This document shows, in pieces, positions 11,965 through 25,960 of a stretch of DNA of 64,000 nucleotides. A program made the position numbers and the translations under genes. Source of the stretch: Rhynchopus sp. YZ270_cl-10 (lineage: Eukaryota); NCBI GenBank assembly GCA_964035575.1, contig OZ037843.1, positions 1,736,001 through 1,800,000 of the forward strand. Direction: 5' to 3'. Every line of letters starts with the position of its first letter. Position 1 is the first letter of the stretch. Under the pieces are notes generated by a model. That model was given only the letters and a program-made list of their open reading frames with translations. It had not been told where the DNA came from and did not search any database.

Positions 11965-14900
11965 ATGTTTTGGGAACATGCAGTCGACCACAGCAACTCT
12001 GCGTTGCACGAGGCAGTTGGTAAAAACCATGCAGATGTGGTACAGGTGCTCATTGATGCAGGGGCAGACATCGAGAAAAAGAACTCTTTTGGACGTACGC
12101 CTCTTCTCCTTGCGTGCTTCAAAGGGTACCTCGACGCTGTGAAGGTGTTGGTGCAAGCTCGTGCGGAACTGGGTGTCACAGACGACAATGGCAACACATG
12201 TCTTATCGCTGCTTCGAGTGGGGGACACACGGAGACTGTGCGCTATCTTGTGGGCTTGGGGCAGGTGGATGTGGATCAGGTAGGTGGGCCGGACGCAACC
12301 ACTGCGTTGCAAATGGCAGCTGGCCATAACTATGCAGATGTAGTGGAGGTGCTCATTGATGCAAGGGCAGACGTCGGTTTAGTTTTGCTAATCCTTAACA
12401 CTCCCTATTGATCGTGGTTGATGTATGCAAAGATCTGAAAAGAAACGAAAAGGTACCCACGAACATGTGGCAACAAACACAACCAACACAACGCAACCGA
12501 TTGTGTACGTAACGATCTCTATGCAACGAGCGCAACGCATCCAACGCACCGTAACCGATGTGTACGTAACGATCGGAACGCAACGAACGTAACCAACCGA
12601 ACACAACCAACGCAAAGCAACCGCTCTGTTCGTTGCGCTCTGTACGTAACGATCTGCACGCTACGAACACAACGCATGTAACGTAACGCAACCGATGTGC
12701 ACGTAGCTATGTGTACGCAACGAGTGGTAACAAACCCACACGCATGGTTCTAACACCGCGCTGGCACGTTTCCCGAGCCGCAAACCCGGTTACCTGCCTG
12801 AAAAACCGGGTTTTTGGCCAAAACGCCTGTTTTCCCTGTAGAATCCTTAAGAACCCTTAAGGAACGCACGGTTTCTAAGGCATTTTACACGTAAACTCGC
12901 GACACGAAAATAGGAATTAAAAACTCATTTCTGAGAAAACTGTATTTAGAATAACTGGATTTTTGGCCCAATCTTTCCAATGCCGAAAAAATCTTACACT
13001 TTGGTGCCTCTGCGAGAAATGTCATTTTTTGGGGTACCCCGTCGGGGGGTGGGGGGTTGCAGGGGTACGCCACAAAAGCAACCTTAAAAACCTTAACACA
13101 GAGTGTTAAGGAATGACGCAACCGATGTGTCCGTAGCTATGTGTACGTAACGAGTGGTTACAAACCCCCACGCATGGTTCTCGCACCGCGTTGGCATGTT
13201 TGCGAAGCCGCAAACCCGGTTCCCTTTCTGAAAAACCGGGTTTTTGGCCAAAACGCCTGTTTTGCCTGTAGAATCCTTAAGAACCCTTAAGGAACGCACG
13301 GTTTCTAAGGCACTTTACACGTAAACTCGCGACACGAAAATAGGAATTAAAAACTCATCTCTCAGAAAACTGTATTTAGAATAACTGGATTTTTGGCCCA
13401 ATCTTTCCAATGCCGAAAAAATCTTACACTTTGGTGCCTCTGCGAGAAATGTCATTTTTTGAGGTACCCCGTCGGGGGGGGGGGGGGGGTGGGCCAAGAG
13501 GGGGAGGGGGAACGCCACAAAAGCAACCTTAAAAACCTTAACACAGAGTGTTAAGGAAGGGCCGGACGCAACTACTGCGTTGCGCGATGCAGTTGATAGA
13601 CACTACCCAGATATAGTACAGGTACTCATTGATGCAGGGGCAGACATCGAGAAAAGGACTCTGATGGACGTACGCCTTTTCTTCTTGCGTGCTTCAGAGC
13701 CGTGTGCCTCGACATTGTGAAGGTGTTGGTGCAAGCTGGTGCGGAACTGCGTGTCACAGACCCCAACGATGTCAATTGTCTTATGGCTGCTTCGGATCGG
13801 GGATACACGGAGACTGTGCGCTATCTTGTGGGCTTGGGGCAGGTGGATGTGGATCAGGTAGGTGGGCCGGACGCAACCACTGCGTTGCAAATGGCAGCTG
13901 GCCATAACTATGCAGATGTAGTGGAGGTGCTCATTGATGCAAGGGCAGACGTCGAGAAAAAGGACTCTGATGGACGTACGCCTCTTTTCCGTGCGTGCAT
14001 GATAGGGTACCTCTACACCGTGAAGGTGTTGGTGAAAGCTGGTGCGAAACTGGGTGTTACAGACAGCAACGGCGTAAATTGTCTTTTCGCTGCTTCGCAT
14101 GGGGGACACACGGAGACTGTGCACTATCTTGTGGATCAGGTAGGTGGGCAGGACGCAACCACTGCGTTGCACGAGGCAGTTGATAAAAACCATGCAGATG
14201 TGGTGCAGGTGCTCATTGATGCAGGGGCAGACATCGAGAAAAAGGACTCTTTTGGACGTACGCCTCTTCTCGTTGCGTGCAGGAGAGAGTTCTTCAGTGT
14301 TGTGAAGGTACTGGTTCGAGCAGGTGCGGATGTGGGTGCAAGAGACCGAGGTGGCATGACATGTCTCATGATTGTGTCTAAAGATGGATCCATCATTTTT
14401 ATGGCAAAAATCGTGAAAATGCTTCTCTGCATGCCAGAGGTGGGTGTGGATATCGTTGATGATAACCACTGGACTGCGTTGCACCACGCAGTGGCCCGCA
14501 ACCGTGAGACTCTGATGCAGGAGCTCATTGATGTAGGTGCAGACGTGGAAGCAAAGAGCGAGTTGGTCTGTTCGCCTCTGATGATGGCTTGTCGGGAAGG
14601 TAAGGTCCATATCGCGAGGAAGTTGCTTGAAGCGGGTGCACGGCTGCATATACAGGGCAATGGCAATATCCGTTTCGATGCAGCAGCGCGTTACCCCAAA
14701 TCATATGCAGATGAGGTGCAGGAGCTCATTGATTCAGGTGCACGCATCGAGAAATGGGACGACAGAGGACCTTCGCCTCTTGTTTGTGCGTGCATGGGAG
14801 AGAACCGCGACATTGTGAATCTGTTGGTGCAAGCTGGTGCAGAACTGCGTGTCACAGAACAAAAAGAGGAGCTCTCACAGCACTTTGAAGCTACTGCAGG

Positions 14901-15843
14901 GGCCAGAAGAACACATAAAATACAAAAGGTCACATGTCTGATTACTGCTGCGGAAGAGGGAGGCACGGAGACTGTGCGTTATCTTATGGTAGGCGTGGAG
15001 CAGGAAGTGGATCAGACAGGTGGCGTCGTTGATGCCGACGTTGCCGACATCCAGGTAGATGTGACAAACACAGCAGCACTCAGCGAACTGAGTCAAATGG
15101 ATTCAGCAGCAAAGAAGCGCTTGCGCGAGAAACTTGAACCAATTCGTGCTGCTTGGGAACGCATGTCGACGTCCCTTTCCGCACCGGAGCTTCCACTTGA
15201 TGCTGCTGAAGTTGTCACACTGCTTGGAGTTGTCAGCATGCAGGAAGAAGTGCAGAAAGAGCTTATTCAGCGATTCACTGATTGCACAGATCCAGCAGAA
15301 AAGGAACTCTTACGCAACACACTTCTCTCAATGCGTGCGACATGGGAACACATGGCAGAGTCACGTCAGCATCCTGGAGCAGAGCAGCAACCTGTTGATG
15401 CCGATGTTTCCAGAACAGATGTGACACACAGAACAGGCTCCAACACACTGCTTGGAGTTGTCAGCATGCAGGAGGCAGTGCAGAAGGAGCTGATTCGGCT
15501 ATTTACTGATTGCACAGATCCAGCAGAAAAGGAACTCTTGCGCAACACACTTCTCTCAATGCGTGCGACATGGGAACACATGGCAGAGTCACGTCAGCAT
15601 CCTGGAGCAGAGCAGCATCCTGTTGATGCCGATGTTTCCAGAACAGATGTGACACACAGAACAGGCTCCAACACACTGCTTGGAGTTGTCAGCATGCAGG
15701 AAGAAGTGCAGAAAGAGCTTATTCAGCGATTCACTGATTGCACAGATCCAGCAGAAAAGGAACTCTTGCGCAACACACTTCTCTCAATGCGTGCGACATG
15801 GGAACACATGGCAGAGTCACGTCAGCATCCTGGAGCAGAGTAG
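11965..15843 (+). CDS. Ankyrin-repeat protein with C-terminal 76-aa repeats; interrupted by insertion 12377-13559 and a 1-nt frameshift near 13655 (possible pseudogene or assembly error)
   Basis: Many TPL..AC..G...VK.L..AGA and TAL..A....DVV.VLIDAGAD repeats in 11965-12376 and 13560-14990; GAGAAAAGGAC at ~13650 has one A fewer than sister repeats. Confidence 0.8.
12393..13556. mobile_element. Non-autonomous element inside ankyrin gene: CCTTAACACT/AGTGTTAAGG inverted ends, AACGC-rich microsatellite, ~440-bp tandem duplication, terminal hairpin
   Basis: Inverted 10-mers at 12393 and 13547; hairpin CCTTAACAC-AGA-GTGTTAAGG at ~13092 and ~13536; 12686-13111 resembles 13117-13556. Confidence 0.65.
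15216..15843 (+). repeat. 228-bp (76-aa) coding tandem repeat, ~2.75 copies
   Basis: MQE codons recur at 15241, 15469 and 15697 (period 228). Confidence 0.9.
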
Positions 15844-16970
15844 AAACTTGTTGCTGCCCACTTCGGTGTGGAAAGAGGTGCGGCTTCCTCGAGCTTGTAC
15901 CCTGCTCTGTGGAGATGCTCACAGGTGCAGTGTACGATGTACGATAGGGTGTTTGTTCCCGCAGCCTGCGACTATGTCTGCTGCAGTGTCTCCTCTATCC
16001 GTGAGTCCCCTCAGTAGTGATGCTCTGCTGTCTCCTGGTCGCTGCAAAGACTAATTTGGAGAACACCGCACAGAACTCAAAACAAATCGAAGTGATGTGG
16101 GGTGTGCTAGAGTTGCTGCAGGGTGTTCTCAGGTATGGTTCTTTTGTGGATAGCTTTCTTGTGCACAGTGAGAATCAAGGCAAATGCATGTTGTATTTTT
16201 TCAGTTGATGAGATTGGTGGGTGGTCATGGGTGCAAAAGAAAAGTGTTACACAGCCAAACTACCCACATCACAGAACGAGAACTTCATTGCAAGCATCCC
16301 GGGGAAGCCGTTAAATGAAAAGAGAAACGGATGAATTTTTATCAATTTTTACGACGCAGAGCAACGCGAGGTGTTGAAGGGAACATCCCACGAAACAGAC
16401 CGTTTCCTTCAGTTATTTAACCCTTTTTAAACAAGAGACCTCGTTCCCCCCTTCTCATGTCATTTCGTCTCTTTTCTGTCCCCACAGCACAGAACAGTCT
16501 GCATGAAGCACACAAAGGTGTTTCGTCAGCATCCGCAGACTCATCATTCATAAACCGAAGAAAAAATGTGAGAACTTTTGGTCAAAAATTATCACTGCAC
16601 TGATACCACCCAAAAACGGGGTTTCAAGTTCAAGGTACCTGAAGCCTAAGTACAAAGACCAGGTGATCCGAGTAGGCCCTCGGTTCCCTCTCATCTTTCC
16701 GCAGTGCTGAGAAATGCACCGCCCGTACTGCGGTTGTGCCGTTGCTTCTTTGTATTTTCTTTTCCCTCTGTTTGTCCCCCTTGCTCCCCCCTCCTACTCT
16801 TCTCCCACAAAACAGAATACACATTTGCTAACAGCACACCAACTGTGGTTAGCAAACATGCGGGTTGAAACCACACCACTGTCTTCTTAACGTGTGAACC
16901 CAGATCAGCCGCACACGACACACAACCCAACGAGCCACCGTTTGTCTGCTCACATACGTGGGAGGAGGAG

Positions 16971-19900
16971 ATGAAGGTACCACAAGCAGACGTGCACAAT
17001 GTATTTGTATCCGTGCTGCTCTTCGTGGCTGTGCATCTGCCTTCACACAGCAGTGCTGCCACTGTCTCACTGGAGCCCAACACAGACGCAGCGATGGGCA
17101 ACCCACAGGTACGTCAACCCACAGAAAAAGCCTTTCTTTTTGGAGTAAGGCTTTATCAGAAACGAAATGGATTGTAGGACCATGGTTGGGGGTACACCCG
17201 GTCATTAGTGGGCTTTTTTGTGTTCATTGAAATTTTCAAGGTCAAAAATTGTCACACCACCCTTCCCTGCACAGGTTGGTTTCATAGGTGACTACGCTGA
17301 CTACAATGGTGGCATCGCGGACAGCATTGAAGCACAGCAGGCACCCTGGGCGCAGGAGAGTGTCGAGTACGTGCGTGTGGGGTGGAGCGATGTGCAGACG
17401 GGGCCGGACAGCTTCGACACGAGCGTGGTGGAGCACGCCTTAGCGAACCTCACTGCACGCGGCAAGCAGGCGATCCTGCGAATCTACATCCACGACATGC
17501 ATGTATGGGAAATAAAGCAAAAACGACTAAAATACAACGTCAGCCCTTCATAGGCTGGCATCGTACATCAGGATTATTCTCTCTCTTTTTACCCCCCTCT
17601 ACTCTCCCTCTCCCTCCACAGGACGCCAACCACACCACACGCGGCAAGCTCCCACGCTTCCTCCTCTCGAGCGACCTTGTGTACTGTCACGACGCCACCT
17701 CGCAGTTCACATACGTGCCCGACTACGAGCACGACACGGTCCTCTCGAGCATTGAGGCCACCAGCGCTGTCTTGGGCACACACTTCAACGGCGACGCGCG
17801 CCTCTTTGCTGTCGAGGTGGGCTACGTTGGGTACTATGGGCAGTGGCTCCACGGCTTTGAGGCGCACCCAGAGCTCCGCTGCCCACTGCCGTCGAATGCT
17901 TCTGCATCAAGAATCGTGTCTGCAGTGGTGTCCGCCTTCCCAGCGTCGTTTGTATTAATGCCACGTCCATGGAACGCACCAGAGTTCAACTTCGCTGCGT
18001 ATCCTAACATCGGCATTATTACACCAGAATTTCCGAGCAGTTTCTTTTTGTCGCAGCTTTCTGCGATGGATTTATCAGAAAGATGGAAACGCGCGCCTTT
18101 TGTTGCGTTTTTGACGGTGGAATTGCAGGAGTGTTGGTTTGATGAGTTTCCGGTGGATTCCTGTGCAGCACTTGGCGTCGCGACTGAGGTACAAAGCTAC
18201 GCATCTGCTGTCGCAGCGGCACACCCCTCCATGGTGCACAGAGGCGCCCTCTACATGACGCACGCAGGCAGCACAGAGGCGGCCCTTCGCATCAAACAGC
18301 GCTACCTCGCAACAGGCGCACTCCTCCACGTTGCCTCTGTCACACAGCAGCTCGGTGCCACGTCATATGCGATTTGTGTGACAATCGACAACATAGGGTC
18401 CGCACCGTTCCATACACCTCCCGGTATGGCCCTGGAGCTGGTGGTGGAGGTGGCGGGTGTGCGGGTGGTTCTGCAGGGTGGTGGTGGTGTCGCAGTGCTG
18501 CCAGGGGGGCGTGGGGTGTTCTCAGGGGAGGTGGGGGCGGGGGTGCTGGGGGATGAGTGCGGGCGGTACGGCGGGAGGTGTGGGGAAGGGCAGAGGTATG
18601 CAATGGTAAACACATTTCTTTCGTTCACACCAACCCAACACAGCTGCACCGACCCCGACACCTCTGTGCACTCCCAAGGCGACTGGCACTGTGTCTGCCC
18701 GGACAGCACCACACGCGAGCGTGCACGCCCCGCCACATGCGGGGCGACCACCGCATACAGACGCGACGCTGAGACGTACACCACCACTACCACCACCTCT
18801 GACACCATCGGCACGCTTGCCTCGCTTGGCCTGACGGACGCATCCTACACGCTCTCTGCGTGGGTCTACCTCGCCGTGTGCACAGAGAGCTACGACTGCG
18901 CCTCCAACACCACCGCCAGCAACCCCAGAGACACCACACGCGGCACGCTTTTCGGCACCTTATCCGCCACCCCCCCAGGTCCGCACAGCACCCTCTCAGT
19001 AATAGTGGGCCACCGCCGCTGGGTGGTCTCCCACAGCACAGTACACTGCAGCACCACAACCGCGGGGGTTATCAACGCATGGACACACCTTTCCGCAGTG
19101 TACAACCACACTGAGCAGACGCTCTCCATCTATACTGACGGGTCTCTTGACACCATGTGTACTGCCTTTTCGCCTATGCTAGGCACCGGACCTTTCTCCC
19201 TGGGAAGCGGTGCAGAGGACAACCCACGCCCCTTTGTCGGTGGGGTGCACACTGTGCAGATCTTCCAAGAGGCGCTCTCTTCCACACAAATCGCAGACCT
19301 TGCAGTGCTACCTGCAGTGCGAGGCACCCCATCTGCACGCATCTCTCTGGAGACAGCGTTTGGTCAACGGAAGGTACGTTTTGCCACCTCCATGGATAAC
19401 GTAAATGTAAATGCCAGTGCGGACGGCTCCTTCAGCGTTGTAGTACCCCCACAGACCGAACCATCCAACGAAAACTGTCTGACCTGGGTGGACCCTCCTG
19501 CCTCCCCTCTCCCAGAGTCTGCCCTGTGGGAGCCGGCAGAACTCGCTCTGTGTGGCGCTGCGGTGCTGAAGGGGTGGAACGGTACCGTCCCTTCCTCTAT
19601 GGAAGGAGGTTCACTTCCTTCTGGGGTTCTGAATACCATAGAGTCAGCCTGTGATGGCGACTACGTGCTCGCTATGCAGCCTGCACCGCATTACCGTAGA
19701 GCCTCTGGGGGAAGGGAGTTGTGGCCATCTTCGTCTTCGTCTTCCTCTTCTGCAGGGCTCTTCCACTGCACCCTTGAAGGCGGCGGGGTAGATGCACCCA
19801 GACTCCCAGGGGGGAGCGGCAGTGAGACAGTGGCGTGGTGGCAAACCCATTTTTTGTGTTCTGTTAACCGAACGGACGCGCCTCCCACAGAACCCCCTGC

Positions 19901-20912
19901 AACACTGCCACCAGGAGAGACTGCAGGTCCCACAGAGACACCTACGTATAGTCCCAGAACGTACAGTCCTCCGCGACCAATAACGTTGTCCCCACCTTTG
20001 GGGTCGGACACACATTCACCTGGAGAGACCTGGGTTCCTTTAGGTAGGTGGCAGACCGCGGCGCCACCGGAATGTGAAGTATCTGGCCTGCCTGCTGGGG
20101 TGGCTGTTGAAGTGGTGCACCGTGCTGCTCCCGCAGTGGTGGTGCGGGAGGTGCGGATCAGGTGGTCCTCAACTGAATTTGACTGGGCTGCAGTGGGGTT
20201 TGGGGTTAATGTGGACAACGACATTCCTGCGATGTCTGGGTTGGAGATGTACGCAGTTGACATCAGCCATCCCCAGGTCGTCTCCTTTGCGAAGCAAACC
20301 AACAACGCGCGGCCCACAGAGGAAGCAAATCTGGACACCACCTTCATCTCTCTCAGTTCCTCCGAAGGGATGGCTTCTGCACGGTTTACGGTTCGTCTGC
20401 AGGATGCACCCTCTCCCTCTGCATCTCTTAGGATAGCCACAGCGATGGGAAGCGGCATGATACAGAGTGAATCCTGGGCATTTCATGGACAGAATGCAGG
20501 GGTGACAATGCACAGCGCGGGAGGATGCACCGTGGATGTCGGTACAACTGCGCCTGAAACCGCAGTACCGGAGCCTAGCGTACGGGAGATTCCATCCTCG
20601 GGGGAAGGTGTGCCTATAAGTGTGGTGGTCGTTGCTGTGGTGTGTGTCCTGCAGGGTGCGTGCCTTGTATGGGTGATACGGCGGTTGATGAGGAGAAGAA
20701 GGGAGCAGAAGAGACGGTGGTGGCGGAGGATAGGCAGGTATATGGACAAGGGGGGTGGTGGTGAAGGTGGTGATGTGGACACCGACGGTGCCGGGAGTGT
20801 GGAGGGGGAGGAGGGAGACGAGGTGGAGATGTCGCCGCAGGTGGGAGACGGGAGTCCGTCAGGAGTCCCCTTCGCACCGAGGAGGAACGTTCTCGCGCCA
20901 CCGCGGGGGTGA
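16971..20912 (+). CDS. Type I membrane protein: signal peptide, clan GH-A/DUF4832-like glycoside hydrolase domain, EGF-like, LamG/ConA-like, DOMON-like, TM. Exons 16971-17108, 17275-17502, 17622-18595, 18644-20912
   Basis: GT..CAG introns join frames (MGNPQ|VGFIG; HDMH|DANH; EGQ S|CTDP); EYVRVGWSDVQ..FD, VEVGYVGYYGQW, YTLSAWV..WTHLSAVY..IYTDG, WAAVGFG..MSG; C-terminal hydrophobic helix followed by basic cluster. Confidence 0.75.
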
Positions 20913-21830
20913 AAAAGGATGAAGGGGAATCAAGAATAGACGCAGCGTGAGAAAAAAGCAGGTAATTGCGTGGTGTAAAGCCAAAGGTTGTAGAGGAGGG
21001 GCCGATCCTTCTTCGTTGTTTTAAGGTAAGACTAAGCAAGAGAGACTGAGGATCACAATAGAACTTTTCTTATTATTTTTTTGAGTGCCTGCTTTTCCTC
21101 CCGACGGTGAGGCGTTCGCAGGCGTTTTCAACTTCTCCTTTTGCTAACCTCCAAGGAAGGTGGGGAGGTGTCTGCCTTCCTCTTCCTCTTTGTAGCCCCC
21201 GTTGTTCTTTTACGTTTTACAGCAAGTGAACCAGTGAGTCATTTGAACTTTCAACTTCTCTTTACGTGCAAAGATGGTGTATTGCCTGGGAGGCATACTT
21301 CTTCACACGGATGCTGCCCGATCTGGGATCCCAGATCTGGCAGATCGGCAGTATCCGTGTATTCATCTTTCAACTTTCCTTCTTTTTGCTCTACAAAAAA
21401 GCTTCCGCCTTGAGTCTGAGCTGAAAGTATGAGCATTTCTTTAAATGAGACTAAGTGCACAAGCGATATCAGGTTCACCTAAACTTTCTTGAGGTTACTA
21501 AGCACAGAGCAACAAATTGCTGTCGACTGCGCTAGCCCGAGGGGCGAAAAAAAGACGGAATCATTTCCCATGAAACTAGAGGAAGAACAAAACAGAACAA
21601 AAAAAACCTCCCCCCTTTTTTCCCCCACCGGAACCTACAAAGAACCTGCACCTCGTGGTGTAGGTTCTTCCCTCACTCCTCTTCCACCCCCTTCACATAC
21701 ACCACCCTCACTACAGACATTCTTTCCGAGACAATGAGCTGAGCCTTTGGCCGTCTCATCTCACACAAACAAACCCCTCCTCCTCTTTTCTTCTTTTCCC
21801 TGATTTCCCCCGAGAAATAATAAAAAAGCA

Positions 21831-24800
21831 ATGGCCAACGACAGAAAGCCGTGGGGATACAACCATGCGAACAAAGCGAAACACAGCCAACCCGCTTCCT
21901 CTGGTTCTGCCGGAGGTGGTGGTGGAGGTGGTGGTGGTGTCAACAGCAACCCTCGCACCGCACGCCGCAGTACTTCGTCTTCACCAGGGGCATCCCAACG
22001 GTCGCCTAGCGTCGGCAGCACACACCACCATGGCCGGCACAACCCCACCACCACACACGGCCGTAGGAGAAGCGCTTCACCAGCAGCTACTGTACAGAGT
22101 TCTTCTTCCTCCCGTGGGCATTCACGAAGCGCGCGGCGTGGGTTTCGTGGACCCCTCGAGGGGCACGAACAGGGTGTGCAGTACAATGCACAGCCGCACC
22201 TCGCCACGCAAGCGGCGTTTTTCAACGGAGGAGGAGGGAGGTGAACAGCACCAGACCCTGCCGTACCCTTCGGTCAACTCCCTCAGCGACGCCGAGCTTG
22301 CGACACAGTCAGCCCGCCTCGAGGCAGTGCTGAAGGAGCAACGCAGTGCCGTTCCGCACCCTGAACTCCACTCAGATCCTTTTCCTTCCGTCCACCCGAT
22401 TGCTGAGCCTGCGGTGCGGTCCGCTGTGGTGGGAGGAGGTGGAGGAGGTGGAGGTGACAGTACACGTGCCCCTCTCATCCCAGGTGCTTCGAAGGCAGTG
22501 TACATCGCAGTGTCGTATCACGGCACCTCATGGGCTTTGGAGGTGGAGGACACCATGTATGCGTTGCAAGGGTGTCTCCAAGGTGCAGGGTTTTCCGCGC
22601 AACGTCAGGTTCTCGTGGAACGTTCCGCAGCAGCGCCAACGAAGGCTGGGGTGTTGAGTGCCATAGCATGGTTGGTGGTTGACGCACAGCCGGGGGACAG
22701 CCTGGTCTTCGCCTTCATCGGGCATGGAGGGCCTCATGCGGACGGATTGACCCATTCCATTGCCCCAGTCGACTGTGAAGCGAACGGCGTTATCACAGAC
22801 AAAGAGCTGCAAAGGGCACTACTGGAACCCCTCCCCGCAGGGGTCAGATTGACCTGCTTTTTTGACTTGAGCAGAGGAGGGGCTCCACTTACTTTGCCAC
22901 GCAACCTTACGTTTGAGCATGGGGTCGTGCAGGATAGGGTAGTGGAAGGGGCTGGTGGTGGGTACGTCCAGGCCCAGGTCTGCAGTCTTTCTGCCACAGC
23001 TGGGAGGGAGACTGTGGTGGGGTCAGTCTTCCATGGCTTCTGCGCGGCCGTTTCCATTCACGGCTCCGCTGAAATGCCGGTACCACACCTTCTGCAAGGA
23101 ATGTCCACGCAGACTGTTGGGGTTTGTCTTGGAAGTACCCCGCAAGGGGTGCAAGGGGACGCGCCGTTCTGCTTGGGTGTGCTGCCAGCGCAGAGGGGGC
23201 CTGCAGTGGTGGTGGCGGAGAGGGAGTTAGGTGCACCGCCTCAGGGCAACCATATGAATCTATCGCACGGCTTTGCGAGCATGCACAGCACAGCGACGAC
23301 ACCGCGTCTGGAGCACAGTTCTGTCCCCAGCGAGGGGTCCTCCGGCAACGCCCGCAAAGGGGTCGGGTCGTCTCATACTGCATCACAGATTCTTGGCTCT
23401 TACAAAGCGCTTCTCGTCAGTGACGACCCTGGGGTGACCCGCCAAGTGGCACGCTTTCTTGTACGTCACGGATTTGGTGGAGAGGTGCGGTGCAAGGACT
23501 CTGCAGGGGTGTCCGCAGGGGACGTCTCCTGGTTGTCGGAAGAGATGGAGGCTGGAGACAGTGTGTTCGTGCTGCTGGACGCTGTGCCAAAGGTGGGGGT
23601 GATGTACGAAACGCTGACCAACACCCTGCCCGAAGGCTGCAAGGCAACGCTGATCTGCCAGGGTAACGCAGTGGGGACACCGTACAAGGTTGTCTGCAGA
23701 TCCCCTGATTTGACTGTAGAGGAGGGTCGGGTACGACGTGGTGGAATGGTGGTGGCGGTGTCAGGTGGTGATGGATGTGTCGCTGCGTACATGGCAACGC
23801 TGAACAGAATTCCAGAGCCCACCGTGGCACAGCTTGCAGCAGGGATGCTTGCCGTGCATGAGGGGTTTGGGGGAGATGCTGTTGCCCTTGCCCTGCAGGT
23901 TGGAAGCACCAGGCGGTTTGCGTTGAGCACGGTGTTGTGTCTGGGAATTCTTCCAAATGGAGAGGTGACCTCGCTGACACCGCGGGCAGGGTCTGGGAGT
24001 GGTAGTAGTGGTCTGTTCAGCGCGAATGCGAACGTGAACGTCCCGCAGCAACGTGCTGCTGCAGCGTACGCACGCCCAGAGGAGGTGAGTTCCGCGCCAT
24101 CACTGCAAGAGAAGTCTGTCTCACCGGACTTCTTCTTTACGGAGACGGCCAGGAGTGCACACCACCATACCATGGACCGAAACGGATCACCTTCCACCAC
24201 TTCTCGGAGCAGCAGCAGCAGCAAGAGTGTGAGTGTGCTGCAGATGCAAGGAGCCAAGAAGGAGAACCCACATCACACAGAGCTATCAAGCAACACAGAG
24301 GGACGCCACGCCAACGATGTTGCCCCACAGCTCCCGCTGGGCGACAACACACAGCACCTGGTGCATGCAGTGCGTGACAGTGCGCCCCCACCGCACGGTC
24401 TGGTGTACCCAGAAGAGACAGCCTCATCCCTCCCCACAGTGCCCAGCTGTGCGACCTCAGGTGGGATTCACCTGCACCACGGGGCGGGGTGCACCTCTTT
24501 AGGTGCACCCCTCGCGTCACCGCATTTGACACCAGGGGACGCACCAGCAGATGCTCCTAAGGGGGTTGTGGAATGTGAGGCACAGCTGGCAACGTTCTGC
24601 CGGCGTTACGCCCCTGCGTCGTTTCAAGAGGCGGTCAGGCGTTTGCACAGCGAGCCCTTCGCGCAACACGATGGAATTCTTGATCATGTGGCAGCCGAGG
24701 CAGGGTTGGAAGGGTATTTCACCGCCCGTCGCCGCCTTTCCGCATATTACTCCAGAGTGAACCCAAGCAAGATTTCGCAGCTTGATGTCATCCTAGGTGA

Positions 24801-25356
24801 ATATCTCAACTCTTGGGAAGAACTCTTTAGCGACCTTCACGAACGCTATGGGCCAGAACTGCCTCAAGACGCCATTACGCGTACGGACCGAACCCAGCCA
24901 GGTGCAAACAACAATGCGTGGGTCCAAGAGGCGCAGAAGCGTTTTACTTCAGGTATCCTCGACAACACCGTGTACACTGTGTCGCCAATTGTCAGCCCTG
25001 CACGCTCCCCGGTGCACACACCTCGTGCAGGAACTGGTTTGTCTGCAGTGGACCAGAGTGCGCTCTCTATCTCTGCGTTGGATACAACAAACGGCGAGGT
25101 GCTCCTCAAGCGCAAGCAGGATGCAGAGCAGCGCTACCAGGCACTAAAGGAGCAAACCGACTCCTTCAGGAAAAGGGTGGAGGCAATACGCGAGGTGAGT
25201 GGTGTAGGAGTGGGGGTCGCAGACGGCGGGCTGGGTGTGCAGGGAAGGCAGCTGGGTAGTGACCTTGCGGGTGACGTGGAGCAGACGCGTGACCCCTCGC
25301 TGAACAACCACTGGCAGCATTGGGTGACATCGCCATTGACGAATAGGTTGATGTGA
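21831..25356 (+). CDS. Metacaspase-like (C14) protein, catalytic Cys lost, second degenerate caspase-like domain, C-terminal coiled coil; apparent 1-nt frameshift near 22238
   Basis: PTKAGVLSAIAWLVVDAQPGDSLVFAFIGHGG, IAPVD, LPAGVRLTCFFDLS (D-x-C changed to D-L-S); pyrimidine tract plus AG before ATG 21831; removing one G from the GGA run joins the two ORFs. Confidence 0.75.
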
Positions 25357-25960
25357 TAGGTGGAGGAGGGAGCCCAAAGAGAGGTGTGGAAAGCAGTTGT
25401 GCCTGGGTTCCTGTGAGCGGACATACCCTGTCGCGTGTATGCGTCACAACTTTTCCATGATGTGCTTGTTTCAGATGTTCTGCAATGTGATTAGTTTTCT
25501 CTGTTTTTTTTTTTAGATACATAGACTTTTGAGACTTCGCAATTTTATAGTAAGGTTGGTAGGACTAAAGTGACAGTCTTACTCAGACCATAGAGATAGA
25601 AAAAGAAAGCTCCTCCCTTTTTAATGCCTCCAGACTTCTACTACTACAGATCTTTCAGAGAGGGGTCCTGACGCCACATCACAAAGATCCATAAGATGCA
25701 AACGTCAACCGGAGACGACATTACAACGAATGAACGCATGGTATCGAACACACCTCTGTTCTTTGCAACGCAACCATGCTGAGTTGTGGGTTTGCCAACA
25801 CCTACACACACCACGCCCAGTAAATAATTTACAAAACAAATCACAAACAATGTCTGTCGCTGCACGCGTCTTGATTCTGGTGTTCAGTGCCACTGCGATC
25901 GGCTTCAACGTTGCAACTTCTGTCGTGCGTGCACATTGCACAGTTTATGGCGTGGAGTTG

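Noticed and set aside
15841..15843. TAG at a position that is CAG (Gln) in sister repeats, suggesting stop-codon reassignment
   Set aside because: Single C-to-T change; downstream similarity decays quickly; no suppressor tRNA among the 11 tRNAs; TAG ends other genes here
22225..22245. Programmed frameshift in the metacaspase-like gene
   Set aside because: One extra G in a GGA run is more simply an error or mutation; no slippery heptamer
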